This document shows positions 37,834 through 46,478 of a DNA stretch of 64,000 nucleotides, in pieces. A model generated the notes under the pieces. It was given only the letters and a program-made list of their open reading frames with translations, made no database searches and was not told the origin of the DNA. Both the position numbers and the translations under genes were made by a program. The stretch is from a virus. Position 1 is the stretch's first letter; every line of letters starts with the position of its first letter. The stretch covers positions 31,823 to 95,822 of IMG/VR virus record IMGVR_UViG_3300042922_000911; one strand, 5' to 3'.

Positions 37834-38463
37834 ATGTCTATCCGTACTGCTCACGGGCGCGTCGATTCGACCACCGTCAAGTTCCCTATCAACCCGAGCT
37901 TCCAGCTCATGGCCGGTTCCGGCAAGTCGGTTCATTTCGTTCACGACGACGGCGTTTACCTCGCCTGTTGGCTCGACCCCAAGGACAAGCCGCTGATCGT
38001 TCGCGCCACCGACGACGGCGGCATGGAAGCCGGTTACGGCGACGACTTCGGCGAAGACCTCGGCCCGCTGACCATCCCCGAGGGCGCGACCGAGTTTCAT
38101 ATCACCGTGACCGAAACCCACATCAAGTCTGAGTGGTACGGTAACTTCGGCCCCGCGCCCGCGAAGGCTCTAAAGGGCCTGATCGCCCCGAGCGGCCCGA
38201 GCGCCCCCGGCAAGACCCTCAAGACCGTTGCCGAGCGCGACTTGATCGTGCTGCACAAGACCAAGACCGTGAACGGCATTCCCGGCGTCGATGTGCTTTA
38301 CGTGCAGGTCAAGGGCCGCGACGCCAAGGGCCTGATTGAAGGCTACATCACCAACAAGGAAACCAAGGGCGCGTTGAAGCGCGGGACGCTCGTCAAGGTC
38401 GCCGACAAGGACGTGTTCAGCCACAAGCCCGGCCACTTCAAGCCCGCCCCGGCCGCGAAGTAG
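37834..38463 (+). CDS. DUF3085-like protein with basic C-terminal domain
   Basis: FVHDDGVYL...GYGDDFGEDL motif; RBS GGAGG. Confidence 0.55.
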   Translation: MSIRTAHGRVDSTTVKFPINPSFQLMAGSGKSVHFVHDDGVYLACWLDPKDKPLIVRATDDGGMEAGYGDDFGEDLGPLTIPEGATEFHITVTETHIKSEWYGNFGPAPAKALKGLIAPSGPSAPGKTLKTVAERDLIVLHKTKTVNGIPGVDVLYVQVKGRDAKGLIEGYITNKETKGALKRGTLVKVADKDVFSHKPGHFKPAPAAK

Positions 38464-38476
38464 GGAGGGCACGACC

Positions 38477-38824
38477 ATGATCCTGACCGACTACACGATC
38501 ACGCTCGACCTGACCGACACCCGCGAAACCGCCATCAGCGCCACGATCGAGGGCAAGGCGATCGACATGTACGGTCGCCCCAAGCAAACCGGCGCGAACG
38601 GCGTCGAAACGTGGGATTTCTTCGGGGCGATCACCGCCATTCCGACGCCCGACGGCGCGGCCGTCACTTGGTACGCGAACAACCAAGGCGCGCAAAACAA
38701 GCTATACGAGCTTTTCAGCCACGCGCTTAGCTGGACGATGGACGACCCCACGCAGCCCGCGCCCCACGCGCAGGCCAGCGGCAACGCCCCGGCGATCGCC
38801 CCCAAGGAGGCCCGCCATGTCTAA
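38477..38824 (+). CDS. Hypothetical protein
   Basis: RBS GGGAGG. Confidence 0.6.
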   Translation: MILTDYTITLDLTDTRETAISATIEGKAIDMYGRPKQTGANGVETWDFFGAITAIPTPDGAAVTWYANNQGAQNKLYELFSHALSWTMDDPTQPAPHAQASGNAPAIAPKEARHV

Positions 38825-39233
38825 TGCCTTCCCCTCGCTGGTCGGCGGCAACCCCGCCGACAGCCCCGTGACCGACGGCGATCGCCCCGTCGTGCGGGGG
38901 CCGCTTCGCCCCGGCCGCTTCGCCCTCAACGTCTGGGACGGCCCCTCAGACCCCGACTTTGCGGGCTTCACCGACGACACCAAAGACGAGTACGGCAACC
39001 CCCGCGTATTCTACACCCGCGAACAGGCCGACGCGCTCTGCAATTGGCTCGTCGGCCCCGACTACGGCGCAAACGTGCATTTTAATGAGACTTTCGACTT
39101 CTACATGGTCGCGCTCGATCCCGACATTGAAGGCTCTGAATCGATCTACCCGCCCACGACCTTCGGCGGCACCAAGTATTACGCCGTCCTGAGCGATTGC
39201 GCTTGGGAAGAGAGAGAGGCCCCCCATGCGTAA
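38817..39233 (+). CDS. Acidic hypothetical protein
   Basis: RBS AAGGAGG; overlaps neighbours. Confidence 0.6.
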   Translation: MSNAFPSLVGGNPADSPVTDGDRPVVRGPLRPGRFALNVWDGPSDPDFAGFTDDTKDEYGNPRVFYTREQADALCNWLVGPDYGANVHFNETFDFYMVALDPDIEGSESIYPPTTFGGTKYYAVLSDCAWEEREAPHA

Positions 39234-39645
39234 CCCCGCCCTTCCGTTCCCCGAGTGCTACGACGCCGCGCTCGACCAGCTCGGCACGGCCGCGACCCCG
39301 GCCCTCGTCGCTGCGTTCAACAGCATCCAGCGCGAACAGCTCGCGCTCAACTTCCCCGGCGGCGACCCCGGCGAGGAAATGGTCGGGCGCTTCCTCGACG
39401 ACGGCTTCGGTCAGCCCCGGTGGCTGCGGTGGCTCGACGAGGCCGACGCCGCCACGGGCTTCGGCGTCAAGGAGTGGGAAGGCCGCGAGGAAGACCACGC
39501 CGAGGGCTGGAACCACGGCAAGGGCGACCACAAGCGGGGCGATCGCGACCTCGACGTGTGGGGGCGTGACGGGGCGTATGCCTCGGGCTACCGGGCAGGC
39601 TGGACAGCGGCCGACGAAGCGGCCAAGGGGGCAGCGCAGGCATGA
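39226..39645 (+). CDS. Acidic hypothetical protein
   Basis: Coupled ORF; AYASGYRAGW motif. Confidence 0.6.
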   Translation: MRNPALPFPECYDAALDQLGTAATPALVAAFNSIQREQLALNFPGGDPGEEMVGRFLDDGFGQPRWLRWLDEADAATGFGVKEWEGREEDHAEGWNHGKGDHKRGDRDLDVWGRDGAYASGYRAGWTAADEAAKGAAQA

Positions 39646-40844
39646 CCCCTGAAACAACCAAGGTATGTAGCTGCTGCGAGATCGCGCGGCCGGTGTCGGA
39701 AGACCCGGCCGTTTCGGGCTTTGCGCGCAAGGGCAAGACCTATCAGACGTGGTGCCGCGAGTGTTCAAGCATCAGCGCGAGCCGCACCAAGGCCAACCGT
39801 GACCGCTCACGGGGCAAGTACAAGCCGATCCAGCGGTGCAACGTGTGCAGGGTCGAGCGCGAATGGCGGGCATTCGACCCTGACCCCTCAGACCCCGCGC
39901 AGCTCTTGCCGACCTGTTGGATGTGCGAGCGCCGCGCGGAGGCCCGCGACAGCTTCACCAAGCGGCGACGCTTCACCCGTGAGGAATTGGCCGCGCTCGC
40001 CGAGAAGAGGCGGCGCGAGCAGTTCGACGAATCCGCGAACGCCGTGCGCCTCGCCGCGCCGATCACGGTCAACCGGCTACAAGTCGAGGACAGCCCGCCC
40101 CGCGTCCCCGATGGGGCGTTCCGCGACGCCGAGGCCCGCGACGTGATCGTGCTTTTGGGTCAGGAGCTTCGCGCGGCCCGTGCCGAGATCAACCGCCTGC
40201 GTGACGAGGTGGCCTTTCGTGACCTCCAAATCGAAGAGCTGCAAGCCACGGCCGCGCCGCCAGCGACGACACCAAGCGCGAGCGAGGCGATCGCCGTCGG
40301 TCACGCCGCAAGCGAGGCCGATCAGGAGGCCGACCAGGCCGACGACCAGGACGACGAGCCGGAAGGCGACTTTGAAGACGCCGCCGACGCGCTCGAGGCC
40401 GAGGCCCGCAGCCTGGGCGTGCTGGAAAATGAGCCGCCCGCGTGGTATGCCGAGGTTGAAAACCTGACGACCGGCCAGCTCCCGCCCAAGCTGAAAGAGG
40501 CGATCGTCGAGGCCTCGCGCGTGCTGGTCGAGGCCGGGCGCGACCCGAAGCTCGCCGTCGATAACGTCGTGGGCGCGGCATTCGGGGCGATCAAGGCACT
40601 CCCCGGCGACGTGGTGAATCAGGCGCGGGTCGTGAAGGCGCTCGCGCGCATCATGCTCGACCCTTACAACGCAGGGGAGCGGCGTCACTGGCCCTATGAA
40701 GGGCAAATGGGCGTCTACAAGGCCCGCGCGGGCAAGGTGCGGATTCTGTACCAGCCCGAGACAGGCATTCAGAAGGTGCCCACAATCCTGAAAATCGGCT
40801 ACCGGAAAGAAGTTTACGGAGGTTCGACCTATGGGAGCAACTAA
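39642..40844 (+). CDS. Zn-finger / coiled-coil protein with C-terminal RelE/ParE-like domain
   Basis: Two pairs of CxxC; C-terminal GVYKARAGKVRILY...ILKIGYRKEVY. Confidence 0.65.
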   Translation: MTPETTKVCSCCEIARPVSEDPAVSGFARKGKTYQTWCRECSSISASRTKANRDRSRGKYKPIQRCNVCRVEREWRAFDPDPSDPAQLLPTCWMCERRAEARDSFTKRRRFTREELAALAEKRRREQFDESANAVRLAAPITVNRLQVEDSPPRVPDGAFRDAEARDVIVLLGQELRAARAEINRLRDEVAFRDLQIEELQATAAPPATTPSASEAIAVGHAASEADQEADQADDQDDEPEGDFEDAADALEAEARSLGVLENEPPAWYAEVENLTTGQLPPKLKEAIVEASRVLVEAGRDPKLAVDNVVGAAFGAIKALPGDVVNQARVVKALARIMLDPYNAGERRHWPYEGQMGVYKARAGKVRILYQPETGIQKVPTILKIGYRKEVYGGSTYGSN

Positions 40845-41067
40845 GAAGCAAGTCGTCGGGCGCGGCCCCGGCCGCCCGCCCAAGGCCGACGCCAAGCGCG
40901 GCAAGAACATGCGCCTGTCGCCGTCGGCCTGGGCGCAGCTCGACGCGATCGCCGACCACTTCGGCGGCAACCGCACCGCAGCCGCCGAGGCCGCTTTCGG
41001 CAAGCTCTTCGCCGAGCTTGTTACACAGGGGAAAGGCCCGGCGACCAAGGCTATTACACAGGATTGA
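40831..41067 (+). CDS. Small ribbon-helix-helix-like DNA-binding protein
   Basis: GPGRPP...KNMRLSPSAWAQLDAIADHFGGNRTAAAE; RBS GGAGG; two TTACACAGG sites in its 3' end. Confidence 0.6.
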   Translation: MGATKKQVVGRGPGRPPKADAKRGKNMRLSPSAWAQLDAIADHFGGNRTAAAEAAFGKLFAELVTQGKGPATKAITQD

Positions 41068-41140
41068 GATCCGGTATGATGGAAAAGCACGGCCCCTTAA
41101 GCCTTTCAGCCTGTTACACAGGGATAGCCTGTTACACAGG
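41021..41140 (+). repeat. Cluster of four TTACACAGG sites
   Basis: 41021, 41054, 41114, 41132. Confidence 0.9.
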
Positions 41141-41180
41141 ATGGGTGCTTTCCTGACGCTCTTCGGAAAGGAGCCACCAC

Positions 41181-41624
41181 ATGACCACGCGCGCGCCCCT
41201 ACTCGCGGGGCAGGCCGTCAAGGCCAAGGCCACGAAGGCCAAGAAGAAGACACCCGAGCAACGGCAGGCCGAAAGGCGCTTGAAGCGCCAGCGCGCCCGA
41301 TTGGCGCAAGGCCCGCGGCGGCTCGAGGAGGCTTTCGAGCAGTACCACATGGCCAACCCGGCCGTTTTCGAGCTATTTTGCCGCTACTCGTTTGAGCTGA
41401 AAGCCGCCGGCAAGCGGCGCGGCAGCGGCCCCCAAGTCTTTGAGCGCATCCGGTGGGAGTTCGACACGAATCCCGACCTCAAGGGGCAGACGTTCGCGGC
41501 GTCGAACGACTTGCGCGCCTACTATGCGCGCCTCGCCATGGACACCTACCCCGAGCATTTCGCGGGCTGGTTCCGCACCAGCATGACGACCAGCCAACGG
41601 CGCGTTCACGCGCGGAGGATATGA
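41181..41624 (+). CDS. Conserved phage hypothetical protein (paralog of 36880)
   Basis: FEQYHMANPAVF...VFERIRWE...NDLRAYYARL. Confidence 0.65.
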   Translation: MTTRAPLLAGQAVKAKATKAKKKTPEQRQAERRLKRQRARLAQGPRRLEEAFEQYHMANPAVFELFCRYSFELKAAGKRRGSGPQVFERIRWEFDTNPDLKGQTFAASNDLRAYYARLAMDTYPEHFAGWFRTSMTTSQRRVHARRI

Positions 41625-42259
41625 CCATGGAAGTCCTACCCAACAGGGATACAGCCTACCTCGACGCCGCGCTGCTCGACGACCTGGGCCACGTTCGCGT
41701 GGTTCCAGCCGCGCAGCTCCACGACCTCGACCCGCTCGACCTTCGGATCTGGGCGCACCGGCACGGGGTCTATCAGTTCCCGACGGCCGAGCTGGTGAGC
41801 TGGCTCGCGCCCCTGCTCGAGGGCGTCAAGGCGATCGAGATCGGCGCGGGGCACGGGGCGATCGCCCGCGCCCTCGGCATCCCCGCCACCGACAGCCACC
41901 AACAGGCCGACCCGGCGATCGCCGCTATGTACCGGGCCATGGGGCAGCCGGTGATCCAGTACCCGAAAGACGTGAGGAAGATGGACGCGGCCGAGGCCGT
42001 GCGGCGGCTCTCGCCTCACACGGTCGTCGGCGCGTGGATCACGCAGAAGTACAAGCCGGGCGACAAGGACGGCAACATGTGGGGCGTGGACGAAGAATCG
42101 CTGCTTCGCAAGGTCAGGCGCTACATTCTCGTCGGCAACGCCAAGGTTCACGGCGACAAGCGGATCTTGAAGCTGCCTCACGAAGAGCTCACCTTCCCAT
42201 GGGTCGTCAGCCGCGCCAGCTCGCCCGAGCTGAACCGCATTTACGTGTGGGAGGTGTAG
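41621..42259 (+). CDS. SAM-dependent methyltransferase-like protein
   Basis: AIEIGAGHG glycine motif; ATGA overlap. Confidence 0.55.
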   Translation: MTMEVLPNRDTAYLDAALLDDLGHVRVVPAAQLHDLDPLDLRIWAHRHGVYQFPTAELVSWLAPLLEGVKAIEIGAGHGAIARALGIPATDSHQQADPAIAAMYRAMGQPVIQYPKDVRKMDAAEAVRRLSPHTVVGAWITQKYKPGDKDGNMWGVDEESLLRKVRRYILVGNAKVHGDKRILKLPHEELTFPWVVSRASSPELNRIYVWEV

Positions 42260-42261
42260 CC

Positions 42262-42504
42262 ATGCACCTCGCCCGCGTCGCCCCGGCCGACAGGTACTAT
42301 CAGGAGCCGTGGCCGTTCGCCTGCCCGAAGCCCGTATACGAGGCCAAGCGGGGCGAATGGCTGGAAGCCGCCCGCATCCTGCGCGAGCGCGGCAGCGGCC
42401 GGTTCGGCCAGCGCACCGCGCAGATTGAGCTTATGCACCTACGGAACGCCTACTATCGGCCGCCCGCGCGCCCCTACCCCTACGCACAGGAGATTCAACC
42501 ATGA
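42262..42504 (+). CDS. Hypothetical protein
   Basis: RBS GGAGG. Confidence 0.5.
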   Translation: MHLARVAPADRYYQEPWPFACPKPVYEAKRGEWLEAARILRERGSGRFGQRTAQIELMHLRNAYYRPPARPYPYAQEIQP

Positions 42505-42977
42505 CGCTCGACCTTCAAGCCCTCGACCAGGCGCAGGCCCTCGACCAGGCGCAGACCACCACCAACAAGGCCACCATCCCCAACAAGGCGATCGCCGTCG
42601 AGCCGGTAGACGTGGGCACGCGCGCGGCGGCCGACACGAAGGCGTGCCACAGGTGCGGCATCGTCAAGCCGCTCACCGACTACTGGAAGAACGTCAACGC
42701 GAAAGACGGGCTGCAAGCCGCTTGCAAGCCGTGCCTGAGTGAGCGCAACCGCAAGGCCGCGGCCACGCGCGGCCCCGGTCGCCCGGCGGGCTCGACCGCT
42801 GCCGCGCCGGTTGCTGTCGCGCCCCCGCCCCCGGCTGATGCCGACATTGACCTGTCGCTGCTCACCGACGCGATCGCCCTGCTGCGCGGCCGTGGGGTCG
42901 AGGTCGTGAAGCAAAGCAAGCTGCTGAAACTGCTCGACGCCCTCGACGTGCCCGGCCTGAAAGACACGGTGGGCTGA
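42501..42977 (+). CDS. Zn-finger protein with AT-hook-like RGPGRP
   Basis: CHRCGIVKPLTDYWKN....DGLQAACKPC. Confidence 0.6.
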   Translation: MTLDLQALDQAQALDQAQTTTNKATIPNKAIAVEPVDVGTRAAADTKACHRCGIVKPLTDYWKNVNAKDGLQAACKPCLSERNRKAAATRGPGRPAGSTAAAPVAVAPPPPADADIDLSLLTDAIALLRGRGVEVVKQSKLLKLLDALDVPGLKDTVG

Positions 42978-42978
42978 T

Positions 42979-43566
42979 ATGGCCCTGACGACACAAGACG
43001 CGCTGGAAGTCGCGCGGGGCATTTCCGACACCGCGCGCCGCCTGCTCGAGCAAAGCGGCTCGCTGATGCCCGTGGCGTTCCTGCACAGCGACTACCCCGG
43101 CCAAAGGGGGCTCGACGTGATTGGGCTCCCCTTTCATAACGAGCGCGAAAAGGCGCTCGCCGCCAGCCACCTACGCAAGGCCGCGAAGAAGAAGAAGGCG
43201 ACCATGGCCGTTCAGGTGCAAGAAGCCTGGCTCGCCGTTCTCGACGAGCAAGAAGCCTACTACGCAGCCGCCGAGGGCGTGTCGGCGTCGAGCCACCCCA
43301 AGCGCAAAGAGGTCGTCTGGTTCATCGTCGAGCTGCCGGGGGCGCTCTACCTCGGTCAGGTGGATATTGTGAGGGACGAGTTCGGCAAGCCGTCGTTCGG
43401 GCCGGTCGAGTTCAAGCCGGTTGAACCCGGCGAAATGGCGGGCCGCTGGATCGGCATCCTCCCCGGCAACGAGGCGTTCAACGAGGTCATAAGCGAGCGC
43501 GTCGAGCAGATGGGGCCGGGCATACGCGAGTTCTACGACCAGGCCCGCGAGGGAATGGAGCCATGA
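42979..43566 (+). CDS. Hypothetical protein
   Basis: EAW...HPKRKEVV motif; packed ORF. Confidence 0.6.
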   Translation: MALTTQDALEVARGISDTARRLLEQSGSLMPVAFLHSDYPGQRGLDVIGLPFHNEREKALAASHLRKAAKKKKATMAVQVQEAWLAVLDEQEAYYAAAEGVSASSHPKRKEVVWFIVELPGALYLGQVDIVRDEFGKPSFGPVEFKPVEPGEMAGRWIGILPGNEAFNEVISERVEQMGPGIREFYDQAREGMEP

Positions 43567-44084
43567 GGGCGCTCGAGGACCTGTGGCGGCAAGAACCCGA
43601 CCTTGCCACCTGGACGACCCGCGCGGGGTTCAAGGGGCACATTCAGCGCGCAGACGTTACCGGCGCGCTCTGTGGATACGTCGAGCTGCCGCCGGGGCAC
43701 CCGTGGCACGGCGATCGCCACGGGGCCGCCCACGGGGGCATTACATGGGACAGCCCCGGCGGGCCGGGCTCGCCCGCCCCGGCCTCGAGCGCGGAGAGCT
43801 GGCTGATCGGCTTCGACTGTGGGCACGCATGGGACTATCAGCCCATGATGGAGAAGATCATGCGCGCGCTCGGCAGGCAATGGCCCATGCGCTGGGCGCG
43901 CTACCGCCCGATCGGCTACGTGAAGGCCAACGTCGAGGCCTTAGCGGGACAGGCCAAGGGGGCGCTACGCAAGGGCGACCCGCGCCGGCGCGCGTGGTGC
44001 AAGCGCCAGCCCGAAGACTGGACGGCGACGAAGCTCCCGGCGATCGATTGGGATGCGCCGGTGATCGCGCCGCCTCGACATTAA
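43563..44084 (+). CDS. Conserved phage hypothetical protein
   Basis: LCGYV..P.GHPW...HGGITW...IGFDCGHAWD motif. Confidence 0.65.
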   Translation: MRALEDLWRQEPDLATWTTRAGFKGHIQRADVTGALCGYVELPPGHPWHGDRHGAAHGGITWDSPGGPGSPAPASSAESWLIGFDCGHAWDYQPMMEKIMRALGRQWPMRWARYRPIGYVKANVEALAGQAKGALRKGDPRRRAWCKRQPEDWTATKLPAIDWDAPVIAPPRH

Positions 44085-44102
44085 AACTTCACATCGGCAT
44101 CA

Positions 44103-44142
44103 GTCAAAAACCCGCATATCGTGCGGCTGGTGCCCGTATTAT
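44103..44142 (+). promoter_or_regulatory. Phage-specific promoter variant GTCAAAAA-N26-TATTAT
   Basis: Same 26-bp spacing, intergenic. Confidence 0.5.
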
Positions 44143-44162
44143 GATGGCAAAAGGAAGCGCCC

Positions 44163-44417
44163 ATGAACGCTAATGAGATCCGCATCAATCCCGCGCTCGT
44201 CTACACGCCGCTTTGCCTCGCGGGCGTCCTGCATTCGCTCAATGCCCTGTTCTCGGGTACGGCGATCGCCTGGATCAAGGGCGCGGCCTGGGTTCTGATG
44301 CTCGTCGTTCTCGGCATCATGGCGCACCTCATGTTCAAGATGCACCGCTGGATGGCGAGCAAACTCGACGAAGCCCAACAGACATTACAGGAGACACCGC
44401 ATGACGACCGCGCTTGA
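44163..44417 (+). CDS. Small two-TM membrane protein
   Basis: Two hydrophobic segments. Confidence 0.55.
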   Translation: MNANEIRINPALVYTPLCLAGVLHSLNALFSGTAIAWIKGAAWVLMLVVLGIMAHLMFKMHRWMASKLDEAQQTLQETPHDDRA

Positions 44418-44562
44418 ACCTCGCCACTTGCCCCACGCCCCCGCGAGCGCCGCGGACCCCGCCCCCGTCACCCGTCGCCCGCTTGTCGAACGCGCCTCAT
44501 GGGCTATCGTGTTCCTGCTCGGCACCGTCGCGGGGCTTTTCCTCGCCTGGTTGTTGCGGTAG
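44401..44562 (+). CDS. Small single-TM protein (53 aa, not in ORF track)
   Basis: RBS AGGAG; MTTALEP...WAIVFLLGTVAGLFLAWLLR*. Confidence 0.5.
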   Translation: MTTALEPRHLPHAPASAADPAPVTRRPLVERASWAIVFLLGTVAGLFLAWLLR

Positions 44563-44611
44563 AATTACACAGGACGTTGTTACACAGGCTCGTTTCGTAG
44601 GAGGTGCGCTC

Positions 44612-44830
44612 ATGGCCTGGCCTGCAAGCATCCCCCCGATCGTCTGCCCCCGCTGCGGGGAGCGTGACTGGTTGCGAATCTGCGAGATTCAGGGCGCGTT
44701 GTGCGAGTGCTGCAACCGCGTCTTTCACCCGACCGACGAGCAAATGCGGCAGCTCTACGGCCCGGCGATCGCCGTGACCGTGACCCGCTACGAGATAAAC
44801 GAGCGCCTGGAACGCTGCTTGAAGCTGTAA
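44612..44830 (+). CDS. Small Zn-ribbon protein
   Basis: RBS AGGAGG; CPRC...CECC. Confidence 0.55.
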   Translation: MAWPASIPPIVCPRCGERDWLRICEIQGALCECCNRVFHPTDEQMRQLYGPAIAVTVTRYEINERLERCLKL

Positions 44831-44839
44831 GGGAGAACG

Positions 44840-45085
44840 ATGGAACCGACACAACTGCAACCGGGCGACGTGGTGCAAATCAGGGGCGACCATGAGACAT
44901 TCGCGGGCTGCTTCATGCTCGTCACCGAGCCCAAGGCCTTCGGCGCGCAGGGCTTCGTGTCCATGCCAGCCGCTCGAGGGGAGCTGCCCGGCCGCGCGTA
45001 CCTGCGGCCCAAGTGGGAAGACATGGAGTATGTCGGCCGCGCCGTCTGGGTGCCAGCCGACGAGATCGACGAGGAAGCGGAATGA
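44840..45085 (+). CDS. Hypothetical protein
   Basis: RBS GGGAG; L.PGDVVQI SH3-like start. Confidence 0.6.
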   Translation: MEPTQLQPGDVVQIRGDHETFAGCFMLVTEPKAFGAQGFVSMPAARGELPGRAYLRPKWEDMEYVGRAVWVPADEIDEEAE

Positions 45086-45507
45086 ACCGGCAACAGCAAA
45101 CGGCCCTCGGCTACCATTGCCGCCTCGCTGGCGAAACGACGCACCCGCGCTTTCGCTCGCTCATTCGGCCGGGCGTGAGCCTGGTTCTGACGGTCAATTC
45201 CGGCTGGGAGTGAATCGTCGCGGGATTCGGCGGGCCAGTTTGGCACGCTTCTGTCGCGTCAGCGCACCTCACGGCCCCCAACGTCAGGCAGGCGGCTAAA
45301 GAAGCCCTGCAAGGCGTCGGCGATCCGCGCCTCGGCGAGTGGATCGAGGAATACACCAAAAACGGGCTTCGGTTCTGCCACATCAAGCGGCGGCTAAGGC
45401 CCAAGGAACAAAGCCTAATCGGCGAGGCCGTGGACATTCGCGGCACCCCCGAGTATGGCGATCGCCTCGCCAAGTGCCCGTGGCTGCCCCCCGGCTACAA
45501 GGAATGA
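45082..45507 (+). pseudogene. ORF interrupted by one in-frame TGA (45211-45213): pseudogene or recoded gene
   Basis: 43 codons, TGA, then 97 more open codons with no usable start; fills the gap between neighbours exactly. Confidence 0.55.
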
Positions 45508-45519
45508 AAGGAAACCCCC

Positions 45520-45789
45520 ATGCTGACTGGTTTGGATCTTCAAATGGACGGCGACGGCTGCTGGCCTGACCTCAAGGACAAGCGCGAAGCCGGGCAGCTC
45601 GAGGCGGGCACCCTGGCGGGCGTGGCCTTGCTCCAAAACGGCACGGCGAACGGCAACCATAGCGTTACGTTCCGAATCGACATGCCCGACGGCTCGACCG
45701 TGACGGCCGAAACCACGCTTTCCCTGTTGTGGATGGCCGCCAACGCCTTCAAGACCCGCGCGGCCATGCAGGGCCAGCACCTCGCATGA
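45520..45789 (+). CDS. Hypothetical protein
   Basis: RBS AAGGA; GT..G..SV.FRID.PDG. Confidence 0.6.
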   Translation: MLTGLDLQMDGDGCWPDLKDKREAGQLEAGTLAGVALLQNGTANGNHSVTFRIDMPDGSTVTAETTLSLLWMAANAFKTRAAMQGQHLA

Positions 45790-46082
45790 CGGGCTGCAAG
45801 CGGTGCCGGGAGGCCGAAGACGAGCTATCCACGGCCAATCTGATCATCGAGGAAAAGACCGCGACGATCGCCCGCTGGGAAGAGCTGGCCGAAGGCTACC
45901 TCGAGCGCGCGCAAAAGGCCGAGGCCGAGGTCAAGCGCATGCAGGCCTGCTTCACCGGGAGCGCGGCGGCGTTCGCCAAGCAGGGCATGCCCGAGCTCGC
46001 CGTGATCATGGAGGCAGCTCGCGACGGCCTCATGCCCCCGGCCCTGATGCCCGAAGACTGGCAGGAGGCCCCCGGCGAATGA
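45786..46082 (+). CDS. Hypothetical coiled-coil protein
   Basis: ATGA overlaps on both sides. Confidence 0.55.
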   Translation: MTGCKRCREAEDELSTANLIIEEKTATIARWEELAEGYLERAQKAEAEVKRMQACFTGSAAAFAKQGMPELAVIMEAARDGLMPPALMPEDWQEAPGE

Positions 46083-46327
46083 AGCTCGATCTGCCGACCC
46101 TCAAAACCTATCTGTGGATGCCGCGCCGGTGCGCCCCCGAGAACAAGCGCCCGGCGGCCGAGGGCTACGACGGCTGGTTCTGCCCCGGCGTCTACATGAA
46201 GGCGCACCCGACCGACCCCGCCCTCGCGCTCTTCATCTGCCCCCATTGCGGCCGGGAGGAATGGACGTATCCGACCTACCAGACCAATGCGAAGCGGTGG
46301 CGGCCCGGCGATCGCGACCTGTATTGA
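46079..46327 (+). CDS. Small Zn-ribbon hypothetical protein
   Basis: CPHCG; ATGA overlap. Confidence 0.5.
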   Translation: MKLDLPTLKTYLWMPRRCAPENKRPAAEGYDGWFCPGVYMKAHPTDPALALFICPHCGREEWTYPTYQTNAKRWRPGDRDLY

Positions 46328-46400
46328 CGTTCCTGTGTAACGTCGGCCGCGCCTCGCCCGGCTTCCTGTGTAACACGGTGTAAATTCTTGGCGACCGCGT

Positions 46401-46439
46401 GGCAGAAACGCCGCGCGGTTTTTTCGCGCCTGGTATTGT
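46401..46439 (+). promoter_or_regulatory. Phage-specific promoter GGCAGAAA-N25-TATTGT for the portal operon
   Basis: Preceded by two reverse TTACACAGG sites (46332, 46365). Confidence 0.65.
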
Positions 46440-46478
46440 GTTGTTACCGACCTGACGTTTGGAGGCCGAGAACAAGCA

